This document shows, piece by piece, positions 34,199-45,005 of a stretch of 64,000 bases of DNA (positions within the stretch are counted from its first letter, which is position 1; each line of letters begins with the position of its first letter). The notes beneath the pieces are model-generated. The model did not search any database. It saw only the letters and a program-made list of their open reading frames with translations, and was not told the origin of the DNA. The translations under genes and the position numbers were made by a program. The stretch is taken from the NCBI GenBank assembly GCA_000708835.1, contig DF237053.1, positions 138,023 through 202,022 of the forward strand. The letters are read 5' to 3'. Origin of the DNA: Klebsormidium nitens (Eukaryota > Plantae > Klebsormidiophyceae).

Positions 34199-37100
34199 CT
34201 AATCTCGCACACTCGTGCGGAGAATCTTCACGTCTTGCACCGGTCTAGAAGTGACGCAAGAAAACAAGGGAATCAGGATGCTGTAGAAATCCACCGGCAA
34301 CGACTTACACTGCTCCGATAACATAGCGCTTTGAGACAACCGCGAGCAGGTAATTGTCCGAAAGGCATGGATCCAACGCAGAGAATAACCTTCGAACGAG
34401 AAAGGAGGAGATATGCTTGTTGTGAGAATCGCTGCAGTACGACCTACCAAACGATTCTTCGACAGCAAAATGCGAAGTGCCTTGAGTTGAGAACATACCT
34501 ATCGTTTCTGTCCGTTTGCACCGTCCCCAGCTTCTTCACGTTCTCCATGCCTACATAGAAGTACTAGCAACGTCAGTAAGGTGTGGACACCGGACGAGGA
34601 CATCAGCTGCGTGTTCTGACGCTGACGAACGGAGCTACTGCCCAAGCCCAGCGCCCCAAGCACTTCAGGCAACTCGGATGGGAAGGAAGACATCCATTTT
34701 CGACCAAGAAAAGCGACCAAAAAGCATGATGGTCAGTCTTCTATCTTTCAATCCTGGCCACGACACATTCTTAAGTTGCATGCTGGAGTAGGGTTCCAGA
34801 TGTATTTGCGTGGTTAGAAGAGCGGGAGATTGGACGGGCAAGAGAGCTCCAAATTTCCTCGTAAGAACACGAGGCTTGCTACACACACGCGCTACGTCGG
34901 CAAGTGCCAAATGCCGCTGGAATGAAAGACGTGAGTTCGTAGCGACCGCCACAACCGAACATCGAACAACAAGAGCAAAGACAAAAGGGCGAGGGGAATG
35001 CATCTCACCTTGACTGACTCTCCCAAAGATTGTGTGCTTCCCTGCAGGTAAGCCAAGTTCGCGGTCACTAATTTGACTTGAAATTGACGTACATATGACC
35101 TCACAACGTCACGAGACCCAGCGCCGGTGCCAGCAGCGCGTGGGCGTCGAAACAAGCCGAAAAAGGGCGAGCCTTTAGAACATCTAACATCAATTCGAGT
35201 TTTGGACTCTGGGGGCAGGCCTGAGAAGAACTGGAAGTTCGTGTTGGGTCCCGCACTCGCCATGCTCGAACCTCAATCCAACATCCTGACGTCAGCGAAG
35301 GGTGGAACAACGTCAGCCAGGGGCTCACCGTCGAGCCAGGGCGTGGGGGCGAGCGTGATGAACCGTTGGTGTTGGGTTCTGCGTTCGAAATCCTCAAAAT
35401 GCTTCAATCAAACCTCTGACGTCAGCAAAGGGGCGAAGTGACGTCAGCAAGGGGCTCACCGTCGAGCCAGGGCGTGGGGGCGAGCGTGATGAAGAATTGT
35501 GAGCCGTTCGTGTTGGGCCCCGCGTTGGCCATGCTCAGGATTCCTGCGCCCGTGTGCTTCAGCTCTGGACTAATCTCGTCCTCGAACTTGGCCCTGGAAG
35601 CAGGGTCACCAATTGCGTTGAATTAGGAGCAAGTGTTGCAGGGTTTTAGAATCTGGTCGGAGGCCAGCGGAAAACAAGGTCGAGAATGGATTACTTTCCA
35701 ACGGTAGGCGGCGTGCTTCAGCTCCGGGCTAATCTCGTCCTCGAACTTGGCCCTGGAAGAAGGGTTTAAAGTTTTATGCAATTGCGAATCAGGACGGTCG
35801 GAAGTCGGAGGACGGAAACGAGGCCAAGGACGGACTCAGTTCTGAGAGCGAGTCGTTGTGCTATCAGCTCCTTGTTGTGAACGCCTTTGAAATAAAAGAA
35901 GAGGCAGGACTCATTAATGCATCCTCAGCCCCGGACTGATCTTGTTCGCTAAAAATGCCATGACGCAACCAAAGCAATTGGATGTAGGCTTAGTATGGAA
36001 CTGGAAGTTCGGGTCAGATGTCAGTGGCAAAACTGCGCTGTGACCTACACGGATTTCAAAGCGAGATGGTGTATCCGGCTGATTGATCGCCCCAGAACTT
36101 GGCTTTTAAGAGGCAAAATCAGAATGCAATATGGTGGCTAGGATGGTTGAGGGAAAGAAAGCGTGCCAACTGTGTTGTGGATCCAGAGGGTAACTCTGTT
36201 TCTGAATGCCAAGCGCCGTGCTTCACGATAAGATAAGTGTCCTCCGACAAGAGCACAAGTGAGTCTGCACTCTGACGGAAGGGCGCGCAATTGGTTCAAG
36301 AGAGTGAAAAGCGCGTTGCAATCTGCACGTTGTTTGGTCTCAACATCGGACGTTTGCCTGCCCTATGTGACGTTTTGTTCTCCATGAGCAACATATGGCG
36401 TCCATCCAATCAGACGGCCTTAAATGGCACCCGATGGAAAGAAATTCTTTCGAAAGCCCGCCCAGCCTTTCTTCAATTCAAGGAAAGGGGTCATCGCCCG
36501 AATGCAGACAAATCAAGGTCCAAATTTTTCAGGGAGACCAAAAGACCTCATAAGTATCTTACCCATAGACACATTGAATGTGGTTTAGGCAAGGCTTAAG
36601 TATGCGGCTCAACAACAGCGCATGCTTTGTTGAACAAGGTCGTGCTTGAGGAGGAAGTAACACGATGGGCAGAAGAGAGAACGAAAGATGATAGGAGGGC
36701 TTATCTAAAGGCGAATTGATCAGTCAACAAGCTTAACGGACGCGTCGCCTCAGAGAGAAGATTAGGATTTTGCAGTCATGGCTCCGAGGAGCTACTCTGA
36801 CACACACAATGATGTCATCACAGGCGACGCGTGCATCCAACAAGTAACGGGTAGTGTATCTGCAGTCTCTGAAGCGGGTTTCAAGCAACGTTCACGCCGA
36901 GAATGAATCACCAGGCATAGGCACCAAGACAGACACCAGCGATGCTAAGAGAGGACACATTGCCTAGAATTCTATGATGGATTACTCGCTTCGTTAAAGA
37001 GGAACAGTAAAGGAAGGTTCAATTTGAGCTGAAGCTCGAGCTCAAAGGAACAAGGAGGCTGCAAGATTGCTTTGGCAGGCCAGAATATGATTGAACTTTC

Positions 37101-38345
37101 TCCGGGAAAGTTTCTAGATCACCAGAATTCAGTCAGCAATTGTCTTGGTTGACCAACCGTTTATCCATCCATCGCTTTCAGGCAGCAGAGAAACGCTGCT
37201 AATCACTGCATCTTGTCTTGGCAGCGTATAATCCCAAACAATTATGACAATGGACATAGACGATCACAGTCAAAACCCTTCTCATTGCTTGTTGGTGATT
37301 TTAATAACGACGGCAGGCCAAGATCACTCACCCGTAGATTGACTCTCCCCCTCTGCCTGTGCCCGTTGGATCACCCCCCTGGATCATAAAGTTCTGCAAA
37401 GGGACGGGATACGAGTGCACAGTTAGCACTGGCATACAGTTCCAAAGACAAGCCCAACTAACACACGGTCAAAAGATTCAGATACGGAGAATGCTCATGA
37501 AAATATCAAATGAACTCAGATGTTCTGACAGAATAGACTTTGGATACCGAAATAGGAAGGATGATGCCACCGAGAGTGGTGGTGCAATTACCAGGGAGAG
37601 TGCAGATTGCAGTGTTCAATTCTTCCGAGATGCTGGACAATGATCACGCTCAGAACCATGTGACGTCCTCTCTTAGGGTGGGACCTCTCCAATGCTGAGA
37701 GGCCTAATAAGCATGTGTGCCTAACTAACATAGAGTTGACCATGCGCAATCTTTTGTGCTGAACGCACTATGTACGCCCCAACTCAATCCACCGTTAAGT
37801 AAGCCGAGTCCCTCGCTGATTGTGTTCCAACTTGCTGTTCCAACTAGCGCAAAATGCCAGTTTAGAGGAACACCACCTCTCAATCACTGTGGGCATGATG
37901 ATGTGATCCAGACGCAAATGACTATGCTGATTTGTTCAAATGTATGAGCAAATCGTGCATGCCTATCAGAAAAAAGGGTGGTGTAGCATTTTCAAGTCCA
38001 TGTAGGTGCAACAACAGTCCCTGCTCCATTCACTGAGGACATTGCCCGATAGCTGCGATTTGTTCTGAAATGGATCTTACATACTCGGCAGATGTGAAGC
38101 GGACCTTGCCTGAAGGTGGCAGGGTTTATTGCTGGTGGTCGTGTCAGAAGAAGAAGCTGTCCTAACAAGCCGATTGCTGAAAGACTTACTGGTATGATCC
38201 TGTGGAACTTCACATCATCGTAGTAGCCCTTCCGCGACAGCTCCACGAAGTTCCGCACCGTCTTCGGGGCATGCTTGTCATACAGCTCTATCGTGATAGG
38301 CCCCACAGATGTCTCCAGGGTGACCTCGGGCGAACTGCTAGCCAT
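34199..38345 (-). CDS. PPIL1: Spliceosomal cyclophilin, PPIL1/CYP18-2 type, 160 aa
   Basis: Exons 38345-38190, 37393-37332, 35593-35460, 35041-35009, 34550-34499, 34244-34199 (483 nt, in frame). Motifs [86 protein letters not shown] and DRPVQDVKI. Confidence 0.95.
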
Positions 38346-38703
38346 TGGCGCGGAGGGAATTGCAAAGGTGGTGCAAGGTGTGCTAGACGATGATGCAGTG
38401 GTGCAATCAAAGCAGGGTAATAGAGAGGAGAAAGAAGGGAGAGAGAAGGATTTATGGCGCCCAAGAGCGAACTGACAATTTGAAAGAGTCAATGTGGCAT
38501 GCACGAATTCCGTTTTCACACAGGAGCCTCCTGAGGAGGTTGTGTGAGGTTGTGAAAAACTACAGACCCTTCTGCGGCCACTACAGCCGGGGGGTGTGAA
38601 TAGGCATCTGTCAATCCCTCGAAGGCTTTGAATTAGTCAAATCGTGCATGGGCTGGGACAAACTTGGTTTTCAGATCAGCTGCTCTTCAACGTTTGGGCA
38701 ACC

Positions 38704-41700
38704 ATGGCGACTTTCTTCCCCCAGAGAGCTGCCTCTTTGCAATCTCTGCACCACAACGTTTCGGCTCTGAGCCAGCCACTGCAACAAACAGCAGGTTCGT
38801 CAACCACAACAGCTGCTTCCCTTTCCTTCCAAACCTGCCACGCCTGCAAGCGAAGCTTTCTGACACCACAATTTCTTAGTGTGTTTTCATTAGATTCTCG
38901 GAGAAACAGGACGAAATTTGGGGTGCCAAAGTTAGCAGGTCATGGGGCTAGGCGAAAGGAACATAATCAATTGGGATTGGCTGTTCGTGCACTTCAAAAC
39001 GAAGGAGAAGCGTTGGAGAAAGTGCGGAGCCAGCTTGAGGAGCAACTCAGCAAAAGCAGTCCGACAGTGGGAGCAGAAGCAGGAAAAGCAGGTAAGAGCC
39101 GGAGCATTGTGAAGGGTGGCGTGGAGAAGCTGATAAACTTCGAGTGAAGGATGAGCGTATCCTTGCAAAACAGGGGCACGTCTGGCATGCAAATGATCCA
39201 AAGATGTAGATTATGCTGTAACTTGTTTTCAAGGAGTTTCTACTACTAGCGTTTAGCTACAGAATAGGATTGTAGAAGCTTATCCTATTGAACAAGCTGA
39301 GACGCTCCTTCTGCCCCAGGCCCCAGATGCATCAATCACGTAATTCACAGCGCATGCGTTTAGAAAAGGTCGCATATGCCCCTGAGTTGTTGCCTCTTTC
39401 TTGGAATTGCCCCTGAACTACATATTCTTGCCAGCAGCCGTCCTGTGCGAAATCTTCAAGTGCAATTAGCACCGAGATTGCCATCTAACATCTTTCTGCG
39501 GAGGTTGCAGGGTTTGACAAGTGGCCACAGCTGCTCCTCATTCTGTTTGCAATCGGCACCGTTTCGGGCCCTCTGCTAGATGGTATCCACAGCGTCACGG
39601 GGCTCCAGGTCTATGACGATGGGGCCATTGAGTTGGGGAGCGGGAAGTATCTGCTGAAAACAGACATCTGGGTACGCAATTTAGGTCCTTCTTCTCTGCG
39701 CAGCTTTGGGCCCTTGCGAGTTGCTTTATTGAGTACGTTTTAGATATGGACTCAGACTCAAGCTTAGAAAGCAATTAAGGATAAACTTGAGCTGTAACAA
39801 CTTCAGATTTCATTATCAATCTGGAAATTCAGTGTACCAAAAGGTACTCATGCTCTCTTGAGGCACATGTCTGACTCGTTTTCAAATTTTCTTTGAGGCT
39901 TTGGCCTTAGAGAGGGCTAAAAAAAGCTGTGGCAAGTCTTGCCTCACATCAGATTACCAGGAAATGAACTGTGAAGGTTTTCTTTTTTTCAGTTCTCCCT
40001 ACGCTCTCAATAAAGTCGAATTCCCTTCTTCTGAACTCTGCCTTCTCGTTGAAACAAGATTGGTCGTTGGACAGCCAAAAACCCCTTCTCTTCTCTGCTT
40101 AACCATCAGTAAAGTTTGGCTGACATCAAGTTGGCATAGTAGTCCTACCTATCTGCGACTCTCAGTCTGGCAACCCCTGTCAGGTGTACCATCCCCGCTA
40201 GAATGTCAACACTTTTCTCCCCCTTGTCAATCCAGGTTTTTCCCTTGCTCGGAGTTTTCTACGCAGTTGTCGGCGGACTATACCCCCTCCTAGACGACAT
40301 ATTCACACCAAAGGCCCTGGAGAAAACTGATGCGCCAGACGAAGAGCCTGATGTGTCGGGATACGGTGCAGACTGGGGTTTGAAGGGGGATCCGAAAGCC
40401 AAGGAGCTGCCGCCCTGGCTAGAAGTGGCCCCCCCTTTTCAATTCATGTGAGACCTGGGGCCTTTTTTGGTGTGTTCAATCTACTGGGGGTGAGAAGATT
40501 GGTCCTTTATTTCGCAAGCCTTGTTTGGGAGGCTGAAAGTGTGAAGCTTGTCATGGATTCAGTCGTCGTCGTAAGGGTTCAACCCGTGTTGGGAGGGTAT
40601 GATTGCAGAAATCCTCATATTGTCCAGTGGTTGTTGTATCCATTTGACCTGTGTCACAGTCCTTAAGATCATGGAACGTTCCAGAGCGGAAAGGTAGAGT
40701 CCCATGGAAGGAAAAGGCAAGGAAGAGCGATTGGCAGAACCGACAATTGATCAGGCAAGCGTTATGCACGGTTAGGATAGAACCAGGGCCGAACTTGTTA
40801 CGCACCCCGACGGCAGGGTCCTCGTGAGAGAGTTTTTGGCGGTTTGCTATTCTGCAGTTCAAAACATGTATGGAGAAAAGACCAGTGCAGAAAACTGACC
40901 TTGCAGGAATTGCCTGCGTATGTACTCCCGCTGTCTGATGCTCTTTCAAAAGCCTGGCCCCGGGTTCGGGCCCTTCTGAATCATAACATCGTTTTGAACA
41001 GTGTCGAGGCCAGGCGAAGACAAAAACGAGTCGGAAGCATCGAACCACCAGAACAGATGAAACCAAGGACTATTCTTGCACAGAAGAAGTGGAAAGGAGG
41101 AGTTTTCTCTTATGCTCTGACGTTGAATTAAACCAGTGGGCTCACGTGAGCGCGCTCATGCCGCGTTAGTTAGCACCCCCAAATCACAACTGATCAAAGA
41201 TGATGTCAGCCTGACGTTGCACGCCTCCAATTCCTCTGCCTCCGCCCCGTTTGCAGGTTCCTCGCCTTCCTCCTCTCAGGCAGCGCCTTCCTGTACCGCA
41301 CTGACATCAGCTATGACGTCATCTGGCTGGTCTTGGCGGGTTCCTGCGTCGGCTGCTGGGCCGCCCTGGATTCCACGTGGTGGGGCTTCCTGCTCGCGGC
41401 CGCGTGCGCGGTCGTGGCGCCTGGAGCGGAGCTGGTTCTGAACAAGTGAGCAGGATAGTATTCTTCTGAATGAAGCAGTAAAAGTCGCATGTTTCATAGT
41501 TGTCCAATCATGCAACGGTCGCGACGCACGGGGCGGAGGAGGTTTTAAACAGGCGAGCGCGTGGTTTGGGGAAGCAGCGGAAAGTGTTCAGTGTTCGCGT
41601 TCGTGTAATTCAACGATTGCACGAGGAAAGAGGGAGGGGCTCGAGGGAAGCAGTCCCTCCGTCGCCCATCAGGAGACAGGTGCACTTCTTTGAGAATATT

Positions 41701-43263
41701 AAAGCTCTTACTTGTATCTCTTCGAGCATGCGGGGCTGTCGATTGTTGGTTGGATCACCGGGACTGTTTTGTGGACATAACGAAGACGACACGAAGGGCG
41801 AGCGAATCAGGTTGAATTAGTTTGCTCTAGTCGGAACGTCGTCGTTAGATATTGACTGGTCCTAGATCTCCGTGACTGTCCATTCCGGGCCAGCTCCCGT
41901 CGCTTTTGCGGCAAAGGTCGGTTTAAATAAATGCTTACACTTTGTGGTTCGACCCGATCTGATGTGGCTTCCCGCATTGAATACGTTCGAAAGAGTGCCC
42001 ATCCAGGAGATTTGTGTCTAGAAAGAACACTCTCAAAAAACAATGTCAATTTTCACTTTACAAGAAAGGCTCGACTGAGGCTGAGCGTCAATCTACCTCT
42101 GATAGTAGCTTCTTTACGGAAAAGGCGCATGACAATCTCTGAGGACGGGAGCCGGAGAACCTGTCTAGAGCTTCGGTTGCACGCTTCCACTTCCGCCGAA
42201 AGTCATCTTGTTGGATATACCGATAGCTTGGGGTCATCGTTCCGGTCAACGTTCTACTTTCGTCTCGCTCTGGTTCAACTCGGCTCGATGTACCGACTCT
42301 TCGACGAAACACCGTTGTCGTCATCAACACGTCTTATCAATGCTCGATACCACCATTCAAACAAGCTCGCAAGACAGACGCCAGCTCTTTTCTCCTTGGT
42401 CAAGCTCTTCCCGCCTGCCGTGCTGACACCCTCCTCTGCACACGCGCAGTTTCTTCCATTTGTGGCACTACCCCCGAGCCGACGTCTTCATCGCAGGCCA
42501 GGTGCGCGGAACGGCGAACTTTTGATTAATCATTATTCTGTTAATGACGCTTGCAGCGCGGCACGGATGCTGATGCTTCCCCTTTGAACGTCTGCTGCTC
42601 TGGTCGGGACGGTTGTCGAAGTGAGATCAGAACTCGAAAACTGTGTTAGAACTCGAGACTCCGTGGTTGAACCCGGAATCGTGGTAGAATTTGAAACTTG
42701 TGGTAGAACTCGGACGGACGTCCGGTCGGCCTTTACAATTGAACGCAGACCTTCGCAATGCTGGGCCACGTTCAGCCCCTTGACGTGACCGGAAGACCAA
42801 CGCCGTTACTGCAACTCCCGATCAGCAGAACGCTCATACGCCTTGTGCGTGTCATGGTGCACCTTCTGAATTCTCAGTGGCTATTTGGGTATTAGCTACA
42901 CTCTTTGCCCGCTATGTGGGGCGCTGCGAGCAGACTTCTTTCTCACAGGCTGTAGAGTCCATTGTCAATAGCATACAGGTACTCGTCGGAGCTGAGCTTA
43001 CGTGGACAGGTCCTTTTAAATATTGGCACGTTTCCAGTGCACAACGCGGAAATTCTTGTCGAATGTTGAGGCTGCTGTTCGGTGCTTGATCCGCAGACAT
43101 GCTGAAGTTGCTTGTTTCACTTGGAGACGGAGCTTTCTCGCCAATGTTGCAGGGGGTGGTGTCCTGGGTTGCTCTGTGCTACTTCTTCTATTGCCCTCCG
43201 CTAGGCAACCTTGGAAGGTTCTTGAAAGCACACCTTCAAGGTCAGCTTCCTTTGAAAAGATAG
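38704..43263 (+). CDS. Conserved plastid-type multi-pass membrane protein (GPLLDGIHS...HLWxYP family), ~370 aa
   Basis: Exons 38704-39091, 39511-39671, 40236-40447, 41257-41445, 42450-42501, 43153-43263 (1113 nt, in frame). Ser/Thr-rich transit-like N-terminus; motifs GPLLDGIHS, KTDIWVFPLLG, LDSTWWGF, PGAEL, HLWHYP and WVALCYFFY. The exon 3 donor is the least certain junction. Confidence 0.8.
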
Positions 43264-44181
43264 GTCGAAAAGATACTTAGCATACCGCTACTCATTAAGA
43301 ACCATTCACAGTATTGACTTCTTTGCCGCTTTGCAATCACGTCCTGTGAAAACCTGGAGACGGCCGCTGAAACAGGATTAGTGGGCACCAACGTTATGAT
43401 TATTTGGCTGCCGGCATCGGCATGAGGAATCGAAATTTGTCACCAACGTTGTGCAAACCGCAAGGTTCTTTCAATGGCACTTTGTTGCGACTGCGCGCTA
43501 GAGCTGAATGCTGCGTCGCTTTGTTCACATCATGGTGGCCCCATGGAACATTTAGTGTGAATTGAGAAAGGAACTCAACGAAAAAGTTAATTGGTTTGGC
43601 CAGCACACTTAGGTCAGCAGGCTTATCTTCGATCGCCTTTCACTCGTCAAATGTAAGCGGCATGTATGAACATTAGAGCGCTTTCTTCCACGGCCCGGCT
43701 GCGCACGGGCAGCCTAAGCTGAGATTGAGATTCATGCTCTTCTGCATTCCCTTGTGAATGCATACTAAAGTTTGGACTAATAAGGATGCAGCTTGGAATC
43801 GAGCTTTTTGAATGATCAAAATCACGTACTTCATTTGAGAACACCTGCTGATTACAAATCGAACGCGATCGTATTGAATGGGTGGGCGGATCCTCAGCAT
43901 CGTGCAAACCTATAATTGTTGAGTACTTTCGCAATAGTCAGCTGCGCAAATGTCAAATTAAAACCCCGAATCTCTTCCGCATCTTCAAATCGATCCATTT
44001 AGTAAAGCATCTCACTTTCAAAAGCATGTGACTATCTACCTATAGCTACTGTAGGTACCTACCCCCGAATGTGCAATAGATGCGATTATTCGGAACTTCC
44101 TCGATGCCATGCAAACTTCCACTTTGCCATTTTCCAATTTTCATGATTGCTCGAGGGCTCATGACTAATTACGGTATGCAG

Positions 44182-44351
44182 AACGGGCCCGAGATGTACG
44201 GCGCCCGAGATTGGCGGCGCCGCTAGGCGGCGTACCCGCGTTCGGATTTGAACGGCGGCTGGTTAGCAATCCGGCCGTTCGATGAGATCTTCCAAGTGTA
44301 CGGTTGGACCTATCTGCGCCGCACCTTGAGATCTTCTGAGCATCCAACGGT
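44182..44351. promoter_or_regulatory. Cluster of MSA-like AACGG elements upstream of CKS1
   Basis: AACGG at 44182 and 44251, CCGTT at 44275, and TCCAACGGT at 44343. A candidate 5'UTR donor GTGAGT follows at 44434. Confidence 0.4.
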
Positions 44352-45005
44352 ACAGAAGACATGTAGCGTGCTGCCTGGGGTAGGAAACAACAGAACCCAA
44401 ATGGCTCGAGTTCCCAAAGAAAGTCACAAGTTGGTGAGTGCTTCCTACATCGATTAAAGGTGTCGAGACGCACCAAACCGCAAACTTGACCAGGTTTGAA
44501 AGAAAGGACGCGAAATTTGAAACTTCGACAATGAACGTTCCAGATGGTGAGCAGGGACCACCTTTCACATCTCGAGCTGACAACATGCAACAGGTTGGCA
44601 GGCAAGAGTCAGTTGGGAGAAAGCGACTTTTGAGAAGCATCCTCTGCTCTTTGAAGTTTGAGCAGGGTGGCCCTTTGACTTTGGCAACAGGCTGGCAGCA
44701 TTGAAAACAGCAACCTCAAGAGAGCCGTTTGCTTTACAGCAGCATCGCTTTAAACAAATAAGAGGAGAGATTGTGCAGAAGGAGTCCCTAGCTCTGGCTC
44801 TTTGTTCCGGAAGACCTATAGAACTTCCACCTTGGTATTAGTGCAATGCTTCAGATGCTTGGCCATGACAGGGAGCAAACATCAGTTTAGCGCAATCACT
44901 TGAAACTGAGGTTTCACGTTTCGAAAGAAGCCTTCCTGTGGCATAAGAAAGGGGGGCTTTGCTTCTCTGAGAAAGCATCCTGGTCGGAGGCAACAAGGAG
45001 GCGGC

